64,000 bases of DNA, taken from Antedon mediterranea. Taxonomy: Eukaryota; Animalia; Echinodermata. Location: positions 7,688,001-7,752,000 of the forward strand of contig NC_092673.1 of NCBI RefSeq assembly GCF_964355755.1, in the 5' to 3' direction. The notes under the pieces are model-generated. The model was not told the origin of the DNA and did not search any database. It saw only the letters and a list, made by a program, of their open reading frames with translations. The position numbers and the translations under genes were made by a program. Of the stretch, positions 27,370-40,405 are shown piece after piece (the stretch's first letter is position 1; every line of letters starts with the position of its first letter).

Positions 27370-28954
27370 CTAGACATGTAACTCGTCACTTTGACGAGTT
27401 TGGTTATCCGCCGCGCAAGTGGTGCAACATTAACATTAAGGGGATAGGTTGAGGACAAAAGGAAGTGTTCACGTTGGCATTATGACCTGAACTGAAGAAT
27501 ATGATATGTTGTTATTGCTGAATTTTATTATTTAAATTCATATATAGTATACACAGTATAATCTGTATCCATATCACATACAGTGTAGAATAGGTGAAAT
27601 TACGGGACCCGCTATTTATTGCAATTTTTTAACATGTTGACGGTTTTAAAATGAAACGCGAAGGTAGCAATTCCGAAAGGAAATTATCTCAGCAACAACG
27701 TATTAGCGTGTAGAAGAAATTTGAATACGTGAAATATTGATGCGCGCTCTTTTAAATGTAATGAATTATGACGCAAAAGATGAAAATACGACCTTTTTTA
27801 TTTAACTGGCCATATGATGACGTCACAACATCCGATTGGCAAAATTTTTACATAATTTCGTATCTACAATCCAATAGCTTCCAGACAAAGTTTTAATCGT
27901 GATTATCACATTTTATTCTTACGAGCTATAACAGATTAAAATTTACTGTAAAGATGAAATTAATGCCACACGTGATTTAAATTTTAAGGCACGATGACGT
28001 CAAAAAAAATAAAATATTTTTAACTCATGCGAAAGATACTTGATTGACCTAGACAATATCAAAATCGGGGTGAAAATGGAAAACGGATAAGTGGAGATGC
28101 GCTCTATTCAATGTGATGAGCTATGACGAAAGATACAAAAATCCTAAATTTTATGTTCGCGTGGCCATACGATGACGTCATAATGTCCGGTTACCCATAT
28201 TAATACCTGATCCGATATCTACAACTCATCTACTTCCAGAATATGTCATCCACAAAAATTTGACCGTCTAGTTTAGAAATTACGACTGTTTAAAAAAAGG
28301 CATATTTTAAACGAATTTTTTAACCTTTTCATAAAAAACGCGCGCAAATTGTCCAATTCGACGTGCTCGTATGACGTATCTTTAAGTCTAAATTGTTTAA
28401 AATTTGGTAAAATTACTAGAAAAGGCTGAAAAAACATAAATCACGCGAAAAAAATACGTTTTCAATGCTACGTGCGCACCGTACACGTAAAAATGTGAGC
28501 ACGCGTGGGAATTTTTGACATGCTCAAAACGACATGAAACGCGTAGAAAGTTGATTAGAAATTAATTTTGCGCATTTTGAAATTTTAAATGCGCGTGCGC
28601 GCGTAACTTTGTGTAAAACACGCAATTTTTTTTCAACAGACAGTTAGCGCATGATATAAATTAAACTTTTGCAAAGTTTCATTTTAAAATGTTGTTTGGT
28701 TTTCGACATATGTTAAATACGAGAAAATCGTTAAATCGCGCGTACGTCGCGTTGCGCAATTGTAAACATCATGAAAAGCTTCGCTTGACGACGTTACGTG
28801 AATGTCAAAATGTTAACATAGTTAACAAAATGTTATGTTTGCAAGTTTTAGAGAAAAGCGTTACACAAAAATCATACAGAAAGAAAGAAGATGAAAAAAA
28901 AGATGATTTCGTACAATCACAAGAGGTTATCCTGCAACTTCGTTGCGGATAACC
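27370..28954 (-). mobile_element. Helentron/HINE-like non-autonomous element (~1.6 kb)
   Basis: Same architecture as the nested element: CTAGA end, hairpin CTCGTCA-ctt-TGACGAG, subTIR GGTTATCCGC (27402) pairing with GCGGATAACC (~28945) plus adjacent GGTTATCC IR. The CpG-rich interior with degenerate GATGACGTCA repeats contrasts with the flanks. Confidence 0.7.
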
Positions 28955-31900
28955 AATAATAAAACATTTAGTATAATTCCCAACATGTACTATTAATAAT
29001 ACAAATGAAACCATTTACTGAACTGTAATATTATTGCATCACAAATAAATTACTTATAGTAATTGTAATGAGGAACTATAAAAGCAACAGGCTAGTCTTT
29101 TAGGTGAAATATTACACACCAAATTCAAGCTGACACTACACTTACACTACATAAATCAGGCAAATCCTGCTGGGAACAGAATCCAGTACAGGCTCAACCA
29201 ACCCAGCCTACACTACATAATGGGCCTCCAAATTTGGTGAAAGATGATTAAATACTCCCAAGCTAGGGTAGACAAAAGGCAACCGTAAATTAAAAGCATT
29301 GAGGAGAGACGATGTTGAACATTTACTTTAAACTATAGAGGAGGTTTAGATTTTCTTTGGTGGTAGATTTATGAGAATTATTCTGCCACAGCTGAACAGC
29401 AAACAATAAATTGTGTGTCTTCAATGTGATACTGATAGTAGATTTCAAACTAGCTTTTGATACATAAAAAAGTTTAATTTCCTTTCTGGTCAATTTCATT
29501 AGGAAGAGGAGTTGATAAAAACGTTCTTTGCACTAGGTTCCCAGGAGGAGAAACACAGAAACTGAATTTAGTCTGGTCTGACTGTTGGGCTCCCACAAAG
29601 AGATGGATTGCTCTTGTGCGATGTCAAAGGTCAAGAGCAGTAAGAGGAATGTTCAGTAGGTTAATGACACCAAGCATAACAGGAGGGAAAGGATTAAAAT
29701 GGCCAGTTGATATTATTAATTATGGTATGCCGATTTTAATTCAAACTTTAGCTCAAAAATATAATTAAATAATTACAATGATCATAAATTATGTACTATT
29801 TAGAATAATATTGCAAAGCAATGCAAAGTATTATTATTAAATTATTCTTTCTTTTCTAAAGACCGTTTATGAAAGTAAGCACTGTAAAAGTAAGAGCAAA
29901 TAATAAATATTAATGAGAAATTTCAATTGATACTACAAAACATACAAAAATATAAATCATTAAAATAATTATAAACAAAGAGTTGATTGGTTTACATAAT
30001 TACAGAAAAATTCTAGGAAAAAAAGAATTACAGAATGATTAAATTTGAATGATTTATAGTATGGCATAGAAGCAAAGTTTAATTATTTTAGTACTACAGT
30101 AGTAATTATCTAAATTGTTTAAAACAAGAGAATTCATTCATAAACTTTCATACCAGATGTAGCCCTATTAGCTATCATCACAGTTATAATAAATTAATTC
30201 AGAAGGAAGACACTATAGGAATGTTACTTATCATCTTAGTGTACATTTTTAATGGTAAAATCAATTAGACTTATCATATAATTAAGGCTAGTCTTTATTA
30301 ATTAACAATACAGGTGTTAGTGGAATGAACAAAGACAGAAACAACACTATTGTTTGCATAATGAAGGGATGCCAGACAAGTACAGTAGAAAGGCTATAGT
30401 CATTTAATGGAGTCTTAATTACTAGGTAAATTACAGTATTATGCTATTATGTAAATGATAGGCAAACATGTTAAGATTATACAGGCATTAAGAATACAAC
30501 CTTCACAATAACTGGTATAATTTAGTAATTATTTAGTCAATTTAAAGTGTAAATGTTCATTTTATTTATCAAACTTTTCAATTAATGACTGAGTGAATAT
30601 CACAACATCAGATTAGGACAATTTAGGGTGTTTGGATTAACAAAATAAATGGTATGTTCAGGCACCAATAATCCAGTGATTTGGGTGGGTTCTCTATATT
30701 CAAATTAGGCGGAGTCTAAGCCCACCCTACGTACTGTAGGTATCCACAGCTACAGTAAAAATAACTAAATCTGTAGTGTATAACTTATTGTCAATTACTA
30801 CAGACATTTAATTTTTTCCCACAGAACTGGATACTGTACAAACTTAAAAATTATTCGAAAACAATTAATAATAAAATAATAATTTATTCGGAATTATTTA
30901 TTCTAAAATATAACTGTGTTTACCGTTAATAAATTAGCGATAAATACTGTAATAACTGGACACGTAGTCATGCTGTCACATGTCTTGTTTACCAAACATG
31001 ATGCTATACACCTACAGTACATTTATGGAAGATAGAACTTGGAACTATGACGGAACTACTGTAGGCTCTTTCTTGGGAAAGGAAGAACCTAATTTAGTAC
31101 TACAGTACAATATTTAACACTAACACAGTAACAGTGCTTTTGATATTATATTGAGAACACATACAGTACTTACTATACTGTACTAACAGCAAGCAAGCAA
31201 GTCTTATCACCACTTTACAGAAGTTGTCAAAATCCGATGAAGATAAGATAAAAGTAATCTCCACCAGCAATGAATACGAATGATAAATTACCTTCATACA
31301 TAGATGGATATATAATTATCCACTTTCTAACAAACTGTTTACATTGCCATCTTTGGATGCTTTGAAAGACAGTGATTAATCGTTTCTTGTTTTTTAATTA
31401 TTTGGAAATGTTTTATACTTCCTGTTTATAAACAATTATTATTAATTAATGTTAAAATAAACATTTAATTTGAGATATTAATGAAATGCACTACTGTACA
31501 CCAATACTAATAATTATTTTGATAATAATAAAAGTTGTAAAATTTACTGTACATTTCATTGCGTTTGGCATATTATCCAGTACTGTAGGACTTTTTTTTA
31601 AATGTACAATAATCAAATCTCAGAAAATTTATCTATAAAAAAGTCCTGTGCGAATATTTTTGAATTTCTTATTTATCTGTACAAAAAAAATAATAGAATG
31701 AAGACTTTATACTTCTGACCAAACGTGTACAAAATTACTAAGTTTGATTTTAAAATTGTTTTCTCTTACTGTACTTTACAAGCAGGATCTTTCATAGTAT
31801 GTTTGGAAAACTGCTGATTAGACAAAATAAAATTATAAATTTAATAATGACTTATTTTTGTTTTTTTCTCAATCCGGATAACTAGTACAGTAGTAATTAA

Positions 31901-33897
31901 ATAAATGAAGAAAAACTGTTTTTTATTATAAAATATACACAATGCAATTGATTTTAAATATTTTTTTTAATTCAGTATGTGATTGTAGAGTTGTCATCTT
32001 TGTCTACAGTAATTTGGGCCAACCATCTTAGTTGTTTGTTTTAAAGGTTTGTCAGAATTACAAGTCTAACCTAAAAAGGAAGAACATACAGAGATTCAAG
32101 GGCCCACGGTAATATGCAACTTCCTAATTAAAAAGCAAATTGACCAGAACTGAACTCTGATAGTGGGCAAGTTTACTAGCTACCTCCTAGCTACAGGCTC
32201 TTTCCAGGCTACAAGGCCTTCAAATACACAACATGTTATCAATTGTGATTTTACCTAGTGACAAGTCTACTAACAGCTTCCCTCACATTAAACTTTTAAA
32301 CAGTTTCATCTCATCACAGGAAAATTCCTGAGAATTCTATAGCTACTGTAGGTAACATTGTCTGGATCTTAATTTACATATAGAAAATAAACCAACTACA
32401 TTAAGTCTAAAAAGAAAAAGTGAAAATAGGCCTACAGTATATGAAACAGTCACAGAGATCAAGCATTTGAAAAAAGTAAATAAACCATTTTTATACAGTA
32501 GATACTGTATTCATATCTTTTAATACAAAAACAGAATTGTGAGTATTGAAGAATGTTTACCTATAAAGTCACAGTAGTAGTACTGTACTATACGCTGTAC
32601 AATTTAGCAAAGCTCTATGTTCAAAACATAATTCCATAGCGTCAGCATGCCACACTGGAATACCAAGACTTAAGTGTAGAGTACCCACTGGTCTAGCCCA
32701 GATTTCTACTACAATAGCCTACAGTAGCTAACTTAATATTTGTACTTTCTGGCCTACAGTACAGAGCACTAATTTACTAGCCTCCTGGATGCCTTATTAC
32801 ATAGCAATGGTTGGCACAATAAAAGACCTACTTCTTCAGCACCCATCACATAATATTGTACATTTCAATCTTTAGTATTTACAAACTACAGTAAGTTATC
32901 AGCTACCCTTTCATCAATATTTGAAATATCACCAGATTACACAGGAACTATAAAAAAACAATACTCAATTTGTTTGCAACGGATATTGAAATAATTTCCT
33001 GCTAATTAGTCGGTACCTAAACGATACCTCGCAACTTTTCATTCGTGCTTAGAGCAAATTTTCTGTTGGTTTTAGAACTACAAAAAGGATACACTATGTT
33101 TTCAAATTATAGATACTGTAAGTGTCAATGTCATTATTGGTAGGTAAACGTTTGTTGAAAATGCTTTCCAGCAATACAGTGAGTTACTGTATGGTATGAT
33201 GATACTGTTCAAGTACAGTATTATCTATCTACATAATACAACCAATACATTACAAATTATAATTGATATAATCTTTATACTGTGAAAACTTTATTTTAAA
33301 CTAACTACTGTATATTACAGTAGTACAATTTAATAATTTAAAACTCAATAAAAAAAAATGGAAACAAATGAAAAAAGAATGTGATTATTTCTCTTAAAAC
33401 TAAATGTTATAATTAAAAAACTGTAAAATGAGTAAAACCATTTAGTAGTTAGCGTTATTGAAATACTAATATAGTATACTGTCAACTTGATAACAATGAA
33501 CAACAAAAGACCAATATATTTTTTAAATTATCCCATGGAAAAGTGGCAACAGTCTTATGTGGACTGAATCAGTATGTGGTAGGTAATGCTAGATACAGTA
33601 GATATCCTACTACCTTGGGCAAAATACTTAAAAGGATACAATTCAACATTACGATTAAAAAGTTGGTATTACCTAGTATTACTATACTGTAAACACCACC
33701 TTCACTCTGAATTTTCAGTGTAAAACTTAGTTATATCATGGTACTAAAGTAACAGGTATCAAAATCCCCAATTGCAAAACCCAAGGAACATTTTTGCTCT
33801 CACTATATAAAAATGCTGAACACCAGCCACAGATAGCAAATAATTTATTACAATTTGTATTTTCTATTTCGATTATCAATTATTACTTAAATTATCA

Positions 33898-34137
<240 letters not shown>

Positions 34138-34882
34138 TTAATGTTAAATTTAAATATAAGTATAGTTTGTAACAATTTTACTCATTGTGAACATTCATTA
34201 ATTAACTAACATTTTTTTAAATACATTTAGAATAGAATAGAACTGACATTGACTGTTGGATATCTTACATTATGTTGTATTAGGTTGAGGATGAAGCCTT
34301 AGAATAAATTAAATGCAGATTATTATTAAGTATACCTATTGTTTAAAGAGCATCGTAATGCTTTATTTTACGCTACGTTTTTTTAATGCATCATTTTGTT
34401 TATTTGTTTAATTTAATTTTTAAAACAAATGATTATCATCATCATACATCTTGCTACTACTTCTACTGTACTCTAGGCCTAGGTAGGTTATCATCAGTGC
34501 AACTGAATTCTAAATTCAAAATTTATTAGCAACTTTTCTCAATAAAATAAAGCATTAAATAAAACCTAGCCTAGAGTATACATTCTTCCATTCATGGTTA
34601 CATGAAATGAAGGATTGTTGTTCTGTTTAATGCCTGGTGTGGCACATGAAAAAAACATAAAAATGTTAATTTTCTTAATCCGAAAGATACATTACTGTCT
34701 TTAGAATAATAAACACTGCATAAATATATTGAATAATTCAGAAAATCAACTGAAAATACTAAGTATAATCTCCGTAAGATAATATTTTCCTAGGCCGATG
34801 TGTAGCGCGACAACATAGCACAACTGATGAGACAGTCTGGGCGACTGATCACGCGAGTGATTGCTTGTCGCGGCTAGCTTAC

Positions 34883-35121
34883 CTGGCCTGTGCTTCATCT
34901 AAACTCTGGTCTGTTATAGACATAATCTGCTGCAAAATATCTCCAATTTCTTGCTTTCTAGACTCTTGGTCCTGGGGAGCACCTTGCTCCGAATGTTGCT
35001 GCGTTGGCTGCATATGGGATAGCATACTAGCTTGGTGAATATGGCCTGGCGTGGCTGTGTGTGGGACATGCATACCGGGGTGGTGATGGTGGTGAGGCTG
35101 TAGCCTTTGTTGCTCATCCAT
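34883..35121 (-). CDS. Pbx: Pbx/extradenticle (PBC-class TALE homeodomain TF), coding exon 1
   Basis: Translates [15 protein letters not shown]...[25 protein letters not shown](R), matching the start of the PBC-A domain (vertebrate PBX1 [25 protein letters not shown]). Ends at donor AG|GTAAG (intron starts 34882); 239 nt, phase 2. Confidence 0.97.
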
Positions 35122-35329
35122 AACCGTTTACGGCAAAAAATGTTTCGCCGCTGAAATCCACCGCTTGCGAAAATCCTGTCAGGTTCAGCCAACAAATCAC
35201 ACGATGAAGGAAAATAAGCACGTGGACGACTTCAACAGGCTGTCAATTGCCGTAGTAAAAAGCTGATGAAACGAACTGTTTTTATTCTAGTGTTATTTGT
35301 AGGTGGGAAAACCACGGCCTGACGGCTCA

Positions 35330-35435
35330 AAAACGCCACTCAAAGTCAAGACGTGTCTAGGCCCAAGCGTACAAGCCCCGCCTATGATGGTTGACTGACA
35401 GTCACCATTGGCAACTACCTAGCTTATTGGAATTA
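35330..35435 (-). promoter_or_regulatory. Putative Pbx proximal promoter (GC box, TALE decamer, X-box, CCAAT boxes)
   Basis: About 250-310 bp upstream of the ATG: GCCCCGCCT (35375-35383), TGACTGACAG (35392-35401), GTCACCATTGGCAAC (35401-35415, RFX X-box consensus), ATTGG at 35407 and 35426; locally raised GC/CpG. Confidence 0.55.
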
Positions 35436-37629
35436 AATTCAATTCGCTGCTCAGCTGCAGCGCAGTACTATTAAAGCTTGTACTGAAGTACTGTAATAAG
35501 CACAGGCTGTTCTCGCGTTATCTACAGCAATTTATATATGGAAATAATCGTCTAAATATTGGCCTATCAAGAATTCGTTACAAAATTTCACTGGATACAA
35601 TTTGAAGTTGAGCCCAATCACGAAGTCAGTTAGTACAGTTTGAGTACTTAATACTAAATAGGCCTATGCCTCATGATTTTAACCATTTAATGTTATATTC
35701 TTAATTCCTTCTATAGGTAACGACAAATAGGGCCTAATGCGAATAAATGAATTATGCCTAATTAATTAACATTAATAATAGTAGAAATCCACGTTCTTTT
35801 ATATTCGTGTACTAACTAGCCTACTACATTGTCATTGAGACGTACCTATGTATAGGAATAAATAGGACAGCCTGCCCATTAATTAAGTACCGGTGGGCCT
35901 AATTGTTTCTCAAATTGTTTGTTAAAATGTGGTATCAAAACTTTTTCAACAATTCATCAGTGAAACCAGGAAATTTAAGTGTACGCGCGCGTGACAAGCC
36001 GTATAAGGTCATTATCAACTTAAACGCATTGTTATTTTTTGTTCGCTCCTCCTCTTGCCGTTTAACGAATGACAATACCGTGTACTACTCTTCTTTTTTG
36101 CTACTGCAGAGTACTAGTAGTAGCCTACAAAAAGAGATCAGCATTTCAAATGGAGAGAGAAAGGCACTATATATCAATAGATAAAAGTTTTGGTCCTCTC
36201 TCCTTCTTTTTTTTGTAATGTATTATACCATATATGGACAATTTTCTGAAATAAAAGTTGTTGAATTAAATATAAGTGGCTCTAAACCGCGTATAAAACA
36301 TGTATCAGCTACCGATACAACGTTTATGACTGACTCCTTAGTTATAAGCAAAAACTCTTAGTACAAAGTACAACCCTCCAACTTTAAAAAAAATATATAT
36401 TTTGTAATGCTAAAATACGAAGGAATGGGATTTTTTTTGTAGGTCTAGTTATTTCATCCGGTTTCTTTCTCAACATAATGTTATATTATCCGCCAGCAAG
36501 TAAATGTTTTACATAATATTTTGGCTATCAGCCATGTGAAGAAACGCACAGGCCTCCTCGATCCTAGTTTTAAAATAACGTATCCAAGAAAGAAGAAGAG
36601 GTAAAACTGCTTCACTTTAAACTCTCTTCATGATTCAACCACGTACGAACATTTTTTCATATTTTTAAAGACAAATTCATAAAGTTGATGGTGGTTATGA
36701 AACGTTTTATGAAGAACTTAACGTGTTTTGTTTACCGCGTAATACCGTGTCATCTTTACAGAAATAAACACGTAGGCGTCTCTGCATATTATGCGTTTTA
36801 TATAAGATATTATCAATGCGATAGGTCCTAATAAGAAACACAATTTTAATATAGTAGGCTTAATGCTAAAAAGACAGAGACATTTATGAGCCTAGGCATA
36901 TATATTTTCGTATGTTACTATAAAGGTGTAATATAAACACTTTCTTTAAAAATTCTACCAGTATTGTTTTAACGAAAGAATCATCACTCTCCTCCATTTC
37001 TTTGAGAACCTTGAAATACTAAGTACTATGTCTTATTATTTTGAATGAAAAGACTATCATATTGAATTGAGATACAATTTGTGTCTGTATCAGTTCAATC
37101 ATGGAGGTATATCCTCCGATGTTTCAATGATCATAATAATGAATAGGCCTAGAATAATGTAACATTACTATTGGTACCAACTTTCGTATTGACAAAAAAA
37201 CGGAACTAATTGTTCATTCTTGTAAATAATACTATGAATACGATATTATTAGATAATTTCATGACATACAATGAAAATGATACCGATATTATTGATTGGC
37301 TTAGGCCACAAATAACAAATAGTGTTCAGAGGTCCATGTAGCCCTGCTTAAACGGCCCGCATTGTTTATTATTTAACCTATAGGCCTATGTGCATTATAT
37401 TGGCGAACGCATTGAGTCGGATGCCTCTCATCCTCTCCACAAAGTGGTAGATTGAGGCTCCTCAGTGTGAAAATAAATCGATATGCCAAATCCTTTATTC
37501 TCTCCGGTATCATCCAGTACAACAGGAAGTCAAGAAGATAATTTTATCTTGTATTTTTTTAGATGTTTTTATATGAATGGTTTTATGCTATATTTGTTTT
37601 TATTGTGTTTTCTTTGTTATTATGACGAG

Positions 37630-37705
37630 CAATGAATTTCCTTTTTGAGGATCAATAAAAGTTATCTTATCTTGTCTTATCTTATCTTATCTTATCTTAT
37701 CTTAC
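37630..37705 (+). repeat. (TCTTA)n microsatellite, likely the 3' tail of a non-LTR retroelement
   Basis: GAATTTCC...GGATCAATAAAAG immediately followed by about 8 TCTTA units; AATAAA plus a short tandem tail is typical of CR1/L2/Rex-group 3' ends. Confidence 0.6.
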
Positions 37706-39327
37706 ACAATGAACCAATATTTTATTCTATATTTTGTTAATGTTAGTCACTTATGATTCGCTCTTTCTTATTCAATTGTATAGATGTAGAGTACCTATAG
37801 CCCATGCCTATGAAGTTATGGTATTTTGTTTTTATCTTTATAAAACAATTCTATTAATTGTATTTATTTATCAAAACAAAATAAACGTGTATATATTCTT
37901 CTTGAAAAGGCGTAGGACCTACTGTACATTATGAGTTTACAATATTTCTCATTACTGTATAATACCTATAGAGGGCAGTATACATATTACAATATCAAGT
38001 ACTGTTGTTACATTTGGCATAATACTGTGATACAGTAGAATAATTACTGTACATTATATACTTTACTGAGTTATATTTACTTATTGATTATAGATGATGA
38101 TTGTATGATGAATATAAAACAGATTTTGCATCAAATTTATATGTATTAAACACAAAAAGAAATATATAACAACAATGATTTGCAACGCTTATTATACAGC
38201 ATAAATAGGCCTAAGCGATATGTGTTACGGTACGCCAAAGAAAATGCTGATCACTATATTTATGACTATTTTGAAAACTAAAAACCTGATTAGAGACAAT
38301 AATTTGATAATATTAGATACATTTTCAATAAAAATAATTGTTGTCTCTTATTAATAATCGTATAATAAATAGTAATCATAATTTAATAATACATGATTAT
38401 TATTTTTCTGTATTGATCGGACCTAAAGTATTGTGATCGTACTTAAATGATAATATTCTTAGATACAACATCGCATGTGTAATAAATATCAGATTAGCTA
38501 TGAATATGAATTAGCTAAAATTCATCTATGCTTACTGCATCTAGCAAAAAACGAAGCAAACCATAATACAATAAAGGATATACAGATTCATTAAGATTTC
38601 ACAGTTGATTTTGAATTATAATTGGTATAAAAAAGTGTATTTGTGTCAAATGTTTATGCAGACCTCACACAGAGTATCGTTTTCTTTTTGAAATAAAAAT
38701 TCGCATAAAGAAATAACTCCTGGTTCAGTAACAAATGGCCCGACGCCCATGACGTAATTATTTGTATGGATAATAAAAAAATAAAAAAAAAAATTTTTTT
38801 TTTGTTTTTTTTTTTCAAAAATAACTTTAGATAACCTCATAATTTTATTGCTATGATAATGTTATCGATTAAGAGGTATGCTAACAGTTTCGTAAGAACG
38901 TTCAATAGCCTATTTTGTTTGTAAACATAGCCAATTATTTGTATATCAATATATTTAATTAAAAATATTTATTTATTTAAATAAATACCTCAATATTACG
39001 GATATAACATTTATACATTCCTGATGTAATTTTAGAATCGAGTCACGTACAGGTATTACACAATAAATAACAAAAAATCAACAAATATTTGAAACAAGCC
39101 ATCTAATACAGCCTAGCTAGCTAGGCCTTTTAGCGCATGCCATACAGTAGGTACATTCGTGAGTAAATGCAGTACAAGAAGAATTCTTTGAAATCGGTAC
39201 AAAATCTGAGTCCAGAGAAAATATTAAATTAAATATATCCGTTAAGTCTAGGCCTATAAGATAAATTTGATGACGAAGATGGTACAAAATAAATTAATAC
39301 AATCCCAGTGCATTCAGTGTGTCAACA

Positions 39328-40405
39328 ATTTGGAGAGATTTTGTATTGAGATGTTTTGTATATTTGAACAACTGTAGGCCTATTGTATGTATTTGTTGGA
39401 GAGATTTGGTATTTGGAGAGATTTTGTATTTGGAAATATTTAGTGTTTGGAGAGATTTTGTATTTGTAGAAAGATTTTATATTTGCAGAGATTTTATATT
39501 TGAAAAGATTTGGTATAGAGATTTTGTATTTGGAGAGATTTTGTATTCTTTTTGGAAGATTTAGTATTTGGGAAGATTTTGTATTTGAAGAGATTTTGTA
39601 TATGGAAAGATTTTGTATTTGGGAAGATTTGGTATTTGGGAAGATTTGGTATTTGGAGAGATTTTGTATTTGGGAAGATTTTGTATTTGGAGAGATTTGG
39701 TATTTGGAGAGATTTTGTATTTGGGAAGATTTTGTATTTGGAAAGATTTTGTATTTGGTAAGATTTTGTATTTGGGAAGATTTTTTATTTGAAAAGATTT
39801 TGTATTTGGGAAGATTTTCTATTTGAGAAGATTTTGTATTCGGGGAAGATTTTGTATTTGAAGAGATTTTGTATTTGGGAAGATTTTGTATTTGGGAAGA
39901 TTTTGTATTTGAAGAGATTTTGTACTTGGGAAGATTTTGTATTTGGAGAGATTTTGTATTTGGAAAGATTTTGTATTTGGAGAGATTTTGTATTTGGTAA
40001 GATTTTGTATTTGAAGAGATTTTGTATTTGGAAAGATTTTGTATTTGGAGAGATTTTGTATTTGGTAAGATTTTGTATTTGGGAAGATTTTGTATTTGAA
40101 AAGATTTTGTATTTGGGAAGATTTTCTATTTGAGAAGATTTTGTATTCGGGGAAGATTTTGTATTTGGGAAGATTTTGTATTTGGGAAGATTTGGTATTT
40201 GGATAGATTTTGTATTTGGAAAGATTTTCTATATGGGAAGATTTTGTATTTGGGAAGATTTTGTATTTGGAAAGATTTGGTATTTGGATAGATTTTGAAT
40301 TTGGAGAAATTTTGTATGGAGAAATTGTTTATTGGAGAGATTTTGTATTTGGAAAGATTTTGTATGGAGAAATTGTTTCGTACGGTTATGGAGATTTTTT
40401 GTATC
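39328..40405. repeat. 17-bp minisatellite (consensus ~AGATTTTGTATTTGGGA), roughly 60 units
   Basis: Directly visible 17-nt period; it explains the 17-aa periodic spurious ORFs (WEDFVFGKILYLERFCI); edges are degenerate. Confidence 0.97.

Noticed and set aside
34914-35195. 93-aa alternative-frame ORF overlapping Pbx exon 1
   Set aside because: Non-ATG start and no recognisable product; a shadow of the real exon.
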